In this document: positions 7,594-16,165 of the stretch, in pieces
Position numbering within the stretch: the stretch's first letter is position 1
How the letters are laid out: each line of letters opens with the position of its first letter
Assembly: GCF_000446015.1 (NCBI RefSeq)
Contig: NC_022093.1
Coordinates: forward strand, 60,001 to 92,000
Direction of reading: 5' to 3'
Length of the DNA stretch: 32,000 bases
DNA from: Thermofilum adornatum
Lineage (GTDB): Archaea; Thermoproteota; Thermoprotei; Thermofilales; Thermofilaceae
The notes under the pieces: model-generated
The model's input: the letters and a program-made list of their open reading frames with translations, nothing else
The model's database searches: none
Told to the model about the DNA's origin: nothing
Position numbers and translations under genes: made by a program

Positions 7594-9029
7594 TGGTCCC
7601 TCACCCTGATATAACTTGTATAGGTGAAGGCCGAAGGTATAAAAGTCCCGTCGTATGGCTCGCTTGGGGTTCTCAGGTAGCTTTCTCCGAGTGGGACAAC
7701 CCTGTAGACGCCTGTCCTATAGATGTTCTGCATAATTTCTTGCAGTTTTTCTATTGAGACAGCTATGGAAAGGGTCTGCACCCTGTCGACCCCCTCATAT
7801 GCGGGATTTGATGGAAGCTCGGATACGAGGCTTAAAGCTTCCTTTATTGATGAAACCCTTATTATTTCGAGGAATCTCCTCCTGGCATATAGGGGTAGCA
7901 GAGAGCCGCGCGGCAAGGTGGTTAGAAGGCTCTTCTCCTCGGACAAGACTATGGTCCAAGGATTGCTGGGGTCCTGACTTGCGATGACTTTTGCTCCCGC
8001 TAGTTCAAGGCTTCTCCGTAACACGAAGAGTTGGTATGGGAGGCTTTCCATTTTTATGGGGTACTCCCTGCCTATACGGTCCAGCGAGGAGGCTAGTTTT
8101 TCTGCAAAGAATTGTAGCTCCTGCCTTGTACCAATGAACGCCGCCTGAGTTGGTGAACTACATAGTTGCTGGTCGTAGAGAACCATTTCTAGGGCAAGTT
8201 TCTCGGCTGTCTCGTCTGTTGCTTTTTCCGCATCGATTATCGAGAAGCCCGTCATTGGACCATTTACAACGAGCCTCGGCCTGTTGGGATTTGAGGAAAT
8301 AGTCCTAACTATCACGGTTCTGCCCGGCTCGCCACCCCAATAGTTGACTACGCCTAGCGGCGCTTTTTCCAAGAGGGTCTTCAGGTTCCTGCTTTCATGT
8401 GTAAAGTAGGCGACGAGAAGGGCTCGCCTCACTGGCTCGTCCGATGGGATATCTTGGAGTGGTTGGAAAACTTCGCGCACGGCTTTGAAGTTTGTTAGAG
8501 AAGGCCTGAGGATTGTGAAGTTGCCTGTAGCTAGGGAGATTGTTCCAGGTATCAGAGGTGGGACTACAGAGTTGCCGGAGCCTATTATGAGTACTGGGCC
8601 TGCCGGAAGGTTTCTGACATATTCTCCTGGGGCTAGTTCTACGGGTTCCTCTAGGCTTCTGGAGCCTCCGACTAAGCTAACATTTAGTAGTCTCCTTAGG
8701 TTGTCCTGGCTTAGGACTTCTCCTACAAATTCTAGCTCTAGACCTATCAGTGTCTCGCTGTAACCAGTTGACTTTGCAAGCTCCCTTTTCAACGTGTCAA
8801 GCCTTCCATGTTCAAGTTTCTCAAGCCATATCTCCCTCAGGTGCTCAAGGACGCCGAGCCTTTTCGATAGGGGCGTACTTGAAAGTTCCTGCTGTAGTCC
8901 TCGTGCTTCTTTTAGGAAAGATAAGAGCCAGTCTGTCCTGGGCTCGTAAATTTTATTCCCGTTTAGATTGATTTCCTCAACAGCTTCATTTTGGATCAAA
9001 GGATGAAGCGGAAAAACTTCACTCTGCAT
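7590..9029 (-). CDS. LuxC-like acyl-CoA/acyl-protein reductase (aldehyde-dehydrogenase superfamily)
   Basis: 479 aa. It carries an ALDH-type catalytic-Cys context (YDQQLCSSPTQAAF, like the ACSS motif I recall for LuxC). There is also a nucleotide-binding-like PVLIIGSGNSVVPP stretch. It sits directly downstream of, and overlaps by 11 nt, a LuxE-like adenylating enzyme. The assignment comes from recalled family features and has not been searched. Confidence 0.65.
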   Translation of the reverse strand: MQSEVFPLHPLIQNEAVEEINLNGNKIYEPRTDWLLSFLKEARGLQQELSSTPLSKRLGVLEHLREIWLEKLEHGRLDTLKRELAKSTGYSETLIGLELEFVGEVLSQDNLRRLLNVSLVGGSRSLEEPVELAPGEYVRNLPAGPVLIIGSGNSVVPPLIPGTISLATGNFTILRPSLTNFKAVREVFQPLQDIPSDEPVRRALLVAYFTHESRNLKTLLEKAPLGVVNYWGGEPGRTVIVRTISSNPNRPRLVVNGPMTGFSIIDAEKATDETAEKLALEMVLYDQQLCSSPTQAAFIGTRQELQFFAEKLASSLDRIGREYPIKMESLPYQLFVLRRSLELAGAKVIASQDPSNPWTIVLSEEKSLLTTLPRGSLLPLYARRRFLEIIRVSSIKEALSLVSELPSNPAYEGVDRVQTLSIAVSIEKLQEIMQNIYRTGVYRVVPLGESYLRTPSEPYDGTFIPSAFTYTSYIRVRDQ

Positions 9030-10311
9030 TTATTTTTCCACCCTTAACCATGAGCTCTTCCAGTGTCCCGCCGCAAGCCCTCTGAAGGCTCCATCCCTCA
9101 TCCTCAGTTAGTCTCCTGACATAGATGAACTCTCTTCCATAGTACCTATCTGAAGGGACCTGCCTCATAATGTCTCCAGGAATAAATACCTCCAGCCATG
9201 TTATAGCCATGGGGTCGAAGATTCCGAGGATGCCGTCGACGTTGTAATCGTTTATCGGCTTGTAGGTCTTGGGGTCCAACAGGAAAACCTCCTGTAGTGG
9301 ATGAGGAATCTTGTTCATTACGCCGTAGTTGTCTAGATGAGCCGTGAGGGTCTCAGTCATCCCTAGAACATCCATGAATGGAACTGGAACTTCCTGGCCC
9401 GTGTCGGGGTCCTCGGCCCTGAAAACCTTTCTAGCTTTTTCAACTATGACTCCGTATTCGGGAATGTTGAAGCCCTTTGAACCGCCGCCTGTAACTATGA
9501 CTCCGCCCCTTCCCAGGTTAATTGGTGGCGCACCTGCAACAAGCTTGTAGGCTATCCTCTTTAGAAAGCCAAGATTACCAAATTGCTCTGACAACAGGTG
9601 GACTCCGGCAGGCGCAGAGAAGAAGAGCTTTGGCTCTTTTTTGCTTTTTATAAATTCTAGTATCCTTTGCTTGTTGGGAACAAGCCTCTTCCATAGTGGC
9701 CCGCCAGAGGACTCAGGCAAGAGATCCATCCCGTAAAGGAGGGGGATCTTCTTGTACTGCAAGGCAAGGTCTACAAAGGCTACAAAGTTCAAGTGGTTTT
9801 TTAGCTCCTCTGCGGCTAGAAACAAGGCTAGACCCTTGCCTGGTTCAAGGAAATGCCCATATACATACTCGAATAGATTGGCATTAGCCATAGTCATCAT
9901 TAAAAGTTCGATTGGGCTCCTGTAGACCCTTACTGGATCCTTACCAGTTGTACCGCTAGACCTGAAGACATATCCTCCCTCGTCCTTGTTGGGGATGTAG
10001 AACTTCTCTATACCGTTTCCCCTCAATAAGTCCGATGGGACAGCCAGCTTCGCCAAGTCTTCGACTTCTGCGGCTTTGGGGTCGATTCCTAGGGAGTCAA
10101 ACATCCTCTGATAGAATTCGCTGTTCCTAGCAAAGAAGTCTAGAGAGCTCCTAAGCAAATCACGTCTAAGCTTAGCGAGGTAGTCTGGAGACTTTTCGAA
10201 GAGAGTTTTGTCCTGTGAGAGTTCAAAGAGCCTTTTCACGTGTGGGTCGCTGAGAAACTTGCTTTCACTGGCCTTTTTTTCTATCCATTCATACGTAGGG
10301 AGTACACTCAT
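9019..10311 (-). CDS. LuxE-like acyl-protein synthetase / adenylate-forming enzyme (PaaK-F390 synthetase-related)
   Basis: It has the adenylation motif FRSSGTTGKDPV and a second core motif, LGMTETL. The N-terminal NSEFYQRMFDSLGIDP region is as in the LuxE/PaaK-like families. I prefer ATG 10311 (MSVLPTYEWIEKK) because a TATA-like AAATTTATTT lies about 34 nt upstream; the track start at 10368 would sit upstream of that box. Confidence 0.65.
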   Translation of the reverse strand: MSVLPTYEWIEKKASESKFLSDPHVKRLFELSQDKTLFEKSPDYLAKLRRDLLRSSLDFFARNSEFYQRMFDSLGIDPKAAEVEDLAKLAVPSDLLRGNGIEKFYIPNKDEGGYVFRSSGTTGKDPVRVYRSPIELLMMTMANANLFEYVYGHFLEPGKGLALFLAAEELKNHLNFVAFVDLALQYKKIPLLYGMDLLPESSGGPLWKRLVPNKQRILEFIKSKKEPKLFFSAPAGVHLLSEQFGNLGFLKRIAYKLVAGAPPINLGRGGVIVTGGGSKGFNIPEYGVIVEKARKVFRAEDPDTGQEVPVPFMDVLGMTETLTAHLDNYGVMNKIPHPLQEVFLLDPKTYKPINDYNVDGILGIFDPMAITWLEVFIPGDIMRQVPSDRYYGREFIYVRRLTEDEGWSLQRACGGTLEELMVKGGKINAE

Positions 10312-10339
10312 ATAATCACTATTTTTTCGCCAAAAGGCC

Positions 10340-10352
10340 AAATAAATTTTGC
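10340..10352 (-). promoter_or_regulatory. TATA-like box for the LuxE/LuxC/SDR operon
   Basis: The minus strand reads GGCAAAATTTATTTGGCC, centred about 34 nt upstream of ATG 10311. This implies a near-leaderless transcript. Confidence 0.4.
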
Positions 10353-10690
10353 CAATAGTTAAATTCACATCTACAGAGAACTCATGGATGTGAAGATCTC
10401 CTTGTCTACATTTTCTTCCAAATCAATCCCAGAGTAAAACACTGTTTGAAATACTATGCACAGTTCCTAATAGGGGCGAACAAGTTAGTGTATATTGGGA
10501 CTTTGCATCTTTTTTTCAGTAAAGTTTTTTTAATTCTCTCTAGGGATGGAAAAAGAGTTCTTGCATCCTTTAACCCAGTTCTTTTTCCATTAAAATTTTG
10601 CGCACAATCTTTAAAAGATTTTTTGTTGATATAGAATAAAAATACATGTTAAAAAATGAATATAAATAAGTTTGGACATATGTTTACCCG

Positions 10691-11797
10691 ATGACCATGA
10701 AAGAAAAAATGAAAGGCTTTGCAATGTTAGATTTAGGGAAAACTGGCTGGGTTGAAAAACCTGTACCCACTTTGGGACCATACGATGCATTGGTGAGACC
10801 CTTGGTTGTAGCTCCATGCACTTCAGATATTCATACGGTCTATGAGGGTGCATTTCCTCGGGAATTGTGCGATTTTCCAAGAATACTAGGCCATGAAGCC
10901 GTTGGAGAAGTCGTGAAAGTAGGAGAAAAAGTAAGAGACTTTAAGCCTGGGGATCGTGTGGCTGTTCCCGCAATAACACCTGACTGGAGAACGCTTGATG
11001 TTCAAAGGGGCTACCACCAGCATTCGGGAGGGATGCTGGCAGGTTGGAAGTTTAGTAATCCGCTTAAGAGTGGCGGCAAAGATGGAGTTTTCGCGGAATA
11101 CTTCCATGTAAATGACGCCGACATGAACTTGGCAAAGATACCTGAGGGAGTATCTCTAGAACAGGCAGTTTTCGCAACCGACATGATGACCACCGGGTTC
11201 CATGGAGCAGAGCTGGCAGATATTCCCCTAGGAGGCACAGTGGCTGTTTTCGGGATAGGTCCTGTAGGGTTAATGGCAATAGCAGGCGCCAAGCTACTTG
11301 GAGCCGCAAGAATCATTGCCGTTGGAAGTAGACCACGTCTCATAGAGCTGGCAAGATATTATGGAGCCACAGATATAGTCAATTATAAGCGAGAAAATCC
11401 TGTCCAAAAGATTCTTGAACTTACTAATGGCGAAGGAGTAGACAGTGCTATCATTGCTGGCGGCGATTCTTCAGTAATTGCTGATGCAGTTAAGGTTGTT
11501 AAACCGGGAGGAACAATTGGTAATGTGAATTACTTTGGAGCGGGCGACTACTTGCCGATTCCTAGGATTGAGTGGGGAGTAGGTATGGCGCACAAAACAA
11601 TAAGAGGCGGTTTATGTCCTGGTGGAAGACTGCGCATGGAGAGACTTCTTGCTTTAATTAAATATGGCCGTGTGGATCCCTCTAAGATGATCTCTCATAG
11701 ATTAAAGGGATTCGACGCTATTCCAGAGGCTTTTGAGTTAATGAGAAGGAAAGACCTGCCAGACCTTTGTAAGCCAATCGTTGTAATAGAAGAATAA
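10691..11797 (+). CDS. adh: NADP-dependent zinc secondary-alcohol dehydrogenase (TbADH/CbADH type)
   Basis: From MKGFAML (ATG 10709) the protein shares long runs with my recollection of Thermoanaerobacter brockii ADH. Shared runs include VAPCTSDIHTV, ILGHEAVGEVV, DFKPGDRV, VPAITPDWRT and VQRGYHQHSGGMLAGWKFSN. Further shared runs are HVNDADMNLA, DMMTTGFHGAELADI, GIGPVGLMA, RIIAVGSRP and YYGATDIVNYK. The last two are GMAHKTI-GGLCPGGRLRMERL and RVDPSK. The Zn ligand Cys37 and the GSR NADP-specificity motif are present. The start could be 10691, 10697 or 10709. Confidence 0.93.
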   Translation: MTMKEKMKGFAMLDLGKTGWVEKPVPTLGPYDALVRPLVVAPCTSDIHTVYEGAFPRELCDFPRILGHEAVGEVVKVGEKVRDFKPGDRVAVPAITPDWRTLDVQRGYHQHSGGMLAGWKFSNPLKSGGKDGVFAEYFHVNDADMNLAKIPEGVSLEQAVFATDMMTTGFHGAELADIPLGGTVAVFGIGPVGLMAIAGAKLLGAARIIAVGSRPRLIELARYYGATDIVNYKRENPVQKILELTNGEGVDSAIIAGGDSSVIADAVKVVKPGGTIGNVNYFGAGDYLPIPRIEWGVGMAHKTIRGGLCPGGRLRMERLLALIKYGRVDPSKMISHRLKGFDAIPEAFELMRRKDLPDLCKPIVVIEE

Positions 11798-11813
11798 GGC
11801 TCTAGAAATAAAC

Positions 11814-11826
11814 AATTTTTTCTTTC
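11814..11826 (+). terminator. Oligo-T tract downstream of adh
   Basis: AATTTTTTCTTTC begins 17 nt after the TAA stop. This is an archaeal-type oligo-T terminator signal. Confidence 0.35.
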
Positions 11827-11982
11827 ATTATAAAAACATCCCATTTGTCCTTTCCTTTTCCATGTTTTTGAAGGTATTTTTCTCTTACAGCACGCTCATA
11901 GCTTCAGTAAATGCTAGGTCTGTAGATATTTTTGTAGAGCTATATAAAAAACCTTTATTAGATTGAAGGGTTTAAGGGTTTC

Positions 11983-13005
11983 GTGTCTGAAAGAAAGGAC
12001 GAAAAATACGCTATTTATGTCGAGAACTTGATAAAAGTGTATTCTGGTGGTCTAAAAGCCTTGGATGGCGTTTCTCTTGAGGTAAACGAAGGCGAAATAC
12101 ACGCGGTTGTTGGCCCAAATGGCGCCGGAAAAACAACCCTTATGAGGATATTGACAACACAGATCCAGCCCACGTCTGGCCATGCCCGTGTTCTAGGTTA
12201 CGACGTTAGGAGTGAGAGCGGCGCTGTTAGGAAGCTGATAAGTTATGTGCCACAGGAGTTCTCTGTGTGGACTGATATTACTGGGTATGAAAACCTGCTT
12301 TTTTACTCCAAGATATATGGGATACCAAGCGACAAGCGTTACAGCATTATAAGCGATGCCCTCGAATTGATGGGCCTCTCGGAGGCTTCTGGTAGACTGG
12401 TTAGGACTTATTCGGGCGGAATGATTAGAAGACTTGAGATAGCAGCCGCCCTGATGGTCAAGCCAAAGGTCATATTTCTAGATGAACCAACCATTGGGCT
12501 TGATCCTCGAGCGCGCGAGGTTGTTTGGGAAAAGTTGCTCGAATACCAGAAGGAGTACAGAGTAACGGTTCTCTTCAATACTCATTATATGGACGAGGCT
12601 GAAAGGTACGCGGAAAAAGTTACAGTTCTAAACAAGGGTAGGGTCATAGCCGAGGGTACTCCACAAGAACTGGTTAGGTTGCTTGGCGGAGAAACCCTAA
12701 AAGTATGGATAGAGGGGGAATCTGAGAGAGCTTCACAGATCCTCTCAAGCATTGATGGTATTCAGGTATTGTCAGCCAAAAGCAATCAGCTTATAATTGT
12801 AACGCCTGACTCTTCTGTCATGCTTCCAAAAATTGTCCAGACACTATCTAAGACGGGCATAGAGGTTAGATCGACCACTGTAAGTAGACCGACCCTCGAA
12901 GATGTCTTCATAAAGCTGACAGGTATGAGCATCGAGGAGGCCGAGAAGGCTAGTGGGCTGCGAGAAGTCCGCGCAGTAAGGAGAGCAATAAGGGCGGGCG
13001 GTTGA
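11983..13005 (+). CDS. ABC transporter ATP-binding protein (ABC-2/DrrA-like exporter class)
   Basis: Walker A GPNGAGKTT, signature YSGGMIRRLEIA, Walker B VIFLDEPT, and an H-loop. GTG start. Followed 1 nt later by an ABC-2 permease. Confidence 0.9.
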   Translation: MSERKDEKYAIYVENLIKVYSGGLKALDGVSLEVNEGEIHAVVGPNGAGKTTLMRILTTQIQPTSGHARVLGYDVRSESGAVRKLISYVPQEFSVWTDITGYENLLFYSKIYGIPSDKRYSIISDALELMGLSEASGRLVRTYSGGMIRRLEIAAALMVKPKVIFLDEPTIGLDPRAREVVWEKLLEYQKEYRVTVLFNTHYMDEAERYAEKVTVLNKGRVIAEGTPQELVRLLGGETLKVWIEGESERASQILSSIDGIQVLSAKSNQLIIVTPDSSVMLPKIVQTLSKTGIEVRSTTVSRPTLEDVFIKLTGMSIEEAEKASGLREVRAVRRAIRAGG

Positions 13006-13006
13006 C

Positions 13007-13777
13007 ATGAGCCTTAAGTCGTATTGGGAGCAGACAGTTGCATTTGTAGAGCTAGAGCTGAGAAGGCTATGGCACGACCCAACCGAAGTCTTCACTAGGG
13101 CAGTTCAGCCAATACTATGGCTTACTGTTTTTGGCACCACAATGGAGAGGCTACGTAGCATCCCCACAGCCAATGTAGACTATTTGACGTTTATTTCTCC
13201 AGGAGTCGTTCTACAGTCTTCAAGCTTTATAGCCCTTGCTTACGGGATAATGCTTGTTTGGGAGCGGGAGTCCGGAATATTGAAGAAGCTTGTATCATCG
13301 CCGGTGGACAGATTCATAATTGTCTTGGGACGCTCCCTCGCTGGGGCTGTTCGGGCAGTTACACAGCTCTTTATTGTTCTACCAGTGGCTCTCCTATTTG
13401 GTGCTAAACTAAAAATCGACCCATTAAGCCTAACATTTGCTACACTCGCACTGCTTATTGGATCAGTTGGCTTCACCTCTCTATCAATAATCCTTGCAGT
13501 CTTCATGAAAACAAGAGAGAGATTCATGGGAATATTACAGGCAATAGTTATGCCTCTCTTCTTCACAAGCAACGCTTTGTACCCGATAGAGATAATGCCG
13601 GCGCCACTCCAGGCATTTGCCAAAGTAAACCCAATGACATATATCATTTCGAGCCTCCGAGACACATTAATCTACGGAGACATAGTTTCTGCTATCAATG
13701 GACTTCTCGTTACACTTGTATTCTCCTCAATAGTTCTTCTCCTGGCAACAAGGTATCTACAAAAAATCGTTGAATAA
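13007..13777 (+). CDS. ABC-2 type transporter permease
   Basis: 256-aa ORF with about 6 hydrophobic spans. Tightly coupled to the preceding ATPase (TGA-c-ATG). Confidence 0.85.
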   Translation: MSLKSYWEQTVAFVELELRRLWHDPTEVFTRAVQPILWLTVFGTTMERLRSIPTANVDYLTFISPGVVLQSSSFIALAYGIMLVWERESGILKKLVSSPVDRFIIVLGRSLAGAVRAVTQLFIVLPVALLFGAKLKIDPLSLTFATLALLIGSVGFTSLSIILAVFMKTRERFMGILQAIVMPLFFTSNALYPIEIMPAPLQAFAKVNPMTYIISSLRDTLIYGDIVSAINGLLVTLVFSSIVLLLATRYLQKIVE

Positions 13778-13975
13778 GCGTCTCTTCGAGAGATTTCCAT
13801 AAAGAGAAGAATAAAAATATATGGTTATGACAGAAATCCAGGTCTGGGATATTGCTCCCAGCATGAGAGATTCAGAGGAAAATCATAAAAAGCTATGATA
13901 ACATTGTTATACACCTGAAATGTTTCGCTAAAAATGGTCAAGCATATGATAAGGATTTATAAGAGAAAGCGCGCG

Positions 13976-14089
13976 CTATTCCTCGAGTTTTTTCTCGTCT
14001 ATTTTTTCCTTGAAGACTTCTCTTATGTGGAAGACGTCTTCCAGGTCTTTCTCAGATTTTAATACTTCTTCCTTATAGACTATCTGCAT
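13976..14089 (-). CDS. Possible small ORF (37 aa, highly charged, helical)
   Basis: My manual translation is MQIVYKEEVLKSEKDLEDVFHIREVFKEKIDEKKLEE*. A TTTAAAAA TATA-like element lies about 32 nt upstream, inside a TTGTTT-tt-AAACAA inverted repeat. No homology recognised. Confidence 0.25.
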   Translation of the reverse strand: MQIVYKEEVLKSEKDLEDVFHIREVFKEKIDEKKLEE

Positions 14090-14249
14090 CTCTAAGGGTG
14101 GAATGAATATGTATTGATTGTTTTTAAACAACTTTTATCTCTCGCTTATCGTGAGAAAATCTACTACCCCTTCGGCAGAGCTTAAGTTCTATGTTGGCGC
14201 GCACAATATAAGGGTATCTTAAATAATTAACTGAAAATGTAGAGAAGAG

Positions 14250-14768
14250 TTATATCCGTGTTAGGAGAAGGATGAGGATTGCAGAAATTAGGAGTGTGGC
14301 TATCCAGGCATAGATATACTTGGACAAATAGAGCTCTCTTCTGGGTGTTGGAGGGACAGGTATCGGCTTGTGGGTCTTCTTTTCCTCTTCCTCCCTGAGG
14401 ATAACTGGAAGACTGGGCCTCTGTGTCTGTGAAAGGTTTGGAAATATAGTTTTCAGCACTTCGACTACGTCTTGCCTTGTCCCGTGGATGTCTCCCCGTG
14501 TAATCGCCTCTACTGGTACGTTGTGTTGGAGGAGCTTCTCCCTCATATAGCTGGCAACGTATTCTCTTAGCTCTTTTTCTTCGCCTGGAAAAGACCTGTA
14601 GGCCTCGTCTAGCGCGATCCTTACGACCCATGCGGTTCTAACAACAATCTTTGATGGCTCATATGCCAGGAGGTGTTCCCCGTACTTGTTCAGCCATTCC
14701 TCGAAGTCGCGTATCTCGGACTCTACCTGTGGATTTGTAAATATAGCGTTATACCTGTCACTAGACAT
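14250..14768 (-). CDS. Hypothetical tail-anchored membrane protein
   Basis: 172-aa ORF with a soluble, acidic/helical N-terminal domain. A Pro-rich segment (THKPIPVPPTPRR) is followed by a single C-terminal TM helix (YIYAWIATLLISAILILLLT). No family recognised. Confidence 0.6.
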   Translation of the reverse strand: MSSDRYNAIFTNPQVESEIRDFEEWLNKYGEHLLAYEPSKIVVRTAWVVRIALDEAYRSFPGEEKELREYVASYMREKLLQHNVPVEAITRGDIHGTRQDVVEVLKTIFPNLSQTQRPSLPVILREEEEKKTHKPIPVPPTPRRELYLSKYIYAWIATLLISAILILLLTRI

Positions 14769-14815
14769 GCTTCATGATTAGTGTCAAAAAAATAAAAAGA
14801 TTGTTACTCGCCGAT

Positions 14816-15583
14816 TTAGAAGGCTGAGTCAAGAAAAAGCATCAGCAGAAAACCCGTGATGAAGCCCGCTGTAACCTTTAGCTCCGAGTGCTCTTCGCGG
14901 TATATCTCGGGGACGAGTTCCTTGACTGTCACGTACAGCATCGCTCCACCAGCAAAGCCCATCCCTATTGGGAGCAGAATCGAAAAAGTGGTGAACAAGA
15001 CTGCCCCAAGCACAGCCATGAGTGTTTCTGAGAGACCGCTGAGAATAGCTATTACTGTTGCCTTTCTGACTCCTCCAGTTGCAGATGCGGGCAGAGCTAC
15101 TGCTAGACCCTCTGGCACGTCCTGGATAGATATAGCTATACCAGTCGCTATTCCTACTGGTATTGAGTAGGCAGTCGAGACACCTATAGCTAGACCCTCA
15201 GGCAAGTTGTGTATAATTACGGCCAAGGCTAGAAGCCAGACCTTCTTCAAGAGCTTCTTGCCTATAGCTGGCCCTTCGTAGCCAGCGTATAGGTGCTCAT
15301 GGGGAACAAACCTGTCAATGAGCCTAATAGCAACTACGCCCGCCAATATGCCGAGACTAACAATCAGGAAAGACTTCGAGATTTCAATAGCTGGCAAGAT
15401 CAGGCTGGTAAAACTAGACACAAGCATTACTCCCGCCGAGAAAGCCAAAGCAACGTCCAAGTGACGCCAAGTAGTTGACCTCGAAAAGGCGACAGGTAAA
15501 GCGCCGAGGCTAGTTGTCGCCGCAGCCAACAGTCCAAGATAAAGGCTAACAACTATGGGGTTGTCCAGGTATGGAATATCCAT
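14816..15583 (-). CDS. ZIP-family divalent metal (zinc) transporter, ZupT-like
   Basis: It has the ZIP signature HNLPEGLAIG and a second DVPEGLAV motif, with multiple TM spans. I prefer ATG 15583 (MDIPYLDNPIVV...), which removes the overlap with the neighbouring PIN remnant. Confidence 0.85.
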   Translation of the reverse strand: MDIPYLDNPIVVSLYLGLLAAATTSLGALPVAFSRSTTWRHLDVALAFSAGVMLVSSFTSLILPAIEISKSFLIVSLGILAGVVAIRLIDRFVPHEHLYAGYEGPAIGKKLLKKVWLLALAVIIHNLPEGLAIGVSTAYSIPVGIATGIAISIQDVPEGLAVALPASATGGVRKATVIAILSGLSETLMAVLGAVLFTTFSILLPIGMGFAGGAMLYVTVKELVPEIYREEHSELKVTAGFITGFLLMLFLDSAF

Positions 15584-15650
15584 GCCAATATTCACAGGCG
15601 AGGAATCTCTAAGGTGAATATTTAAATTTTTCAGGAACGCGCACATAGAT

Positions 15651-16165
15651 TTAAATGATACTTTGGCCAGCAATACAATGTTTATTAGCGGAGGAAGAGA
15701 TTATAAGTAATTCGATATATCCCTTATTAGTATCACTGGTGCGATTTTTTCTCCTTTCTTTTTTTAAATCTTCGTCAGCTGTCACAAGAATAGCATTTAT
15801 TTTCTTCGCGAGCAGAAGGTAGGATGAATCATATACGGTAAGCCTGCTTTGCTGTGCTAATTCAAGGAGTTTGGGTAACTCATCCCAATAGAAGTTAGCC
15901 AACCTAATTCCTATGTCCTTTAGACTACTGAGAATTTCCCATGCGTCATCGATACTAATCACGCCACTTGAAAGAGCCTTATACATCACTGAGGACACTT
16001 CGTATAAGAGAAGGGAAGGTGCATATGCTTCTACTTCTCCAAAAACTATTTTCTATTTTAAGAGATTAGCTTCTTCTCTCCACGGTTTTCCAGGAAACCC
16101 CACTTTACGACAACACTGGCATCGACTACAGCTCTTAGAATCGTTGTCGATCCTTCCTTATTTAT
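15651..16165 (-). pseudogene. PIN-domain (VapC) gene disrupted by a frameshift plus a stop
   Basis: The C-terminal 115 codons are open (…APSLLLYEVSSVMYKAL…LTVYDSSYLLLAKKINAILVTADEDL). The expected N-terminus (ILRAVVDASVVVKWGFLENRGEKKLIS*) lies in another frame at 16058-16165, with no ATG/GTG/TTG start. The C-terminal frame is closed upstream by TAG at 16053-16055. Confidence 0.65.

Noticed and set aside
10446-10880. 62-aa (+) and 89-aa (-) ORFs in or overlapping the AT-rich region upstream of adh
   Set aside because: The sequence is AT-driven and low-complexity. The minus ORF runs antisense into the adh 5' end, and neither is supported by motifs.
13885-13960. Possible C/D-box sRNA (ATGATAA ... 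CTGA ... ATGATAA)
   Set aside because: The C-like boxes deviate from RUGAUGA. No terminal CTGA D box follows the second C-like box at the right spacing, and no terminal stem is present. The opposite strand is no better.
14227-14631. 134-aa Arg/Lys-rich minus-strand ORF
   Set aside because: It is an alternative frame fully inside the 172-aa ORF 14250-14768. It has low-complexity basic composition, no start context and no family features.
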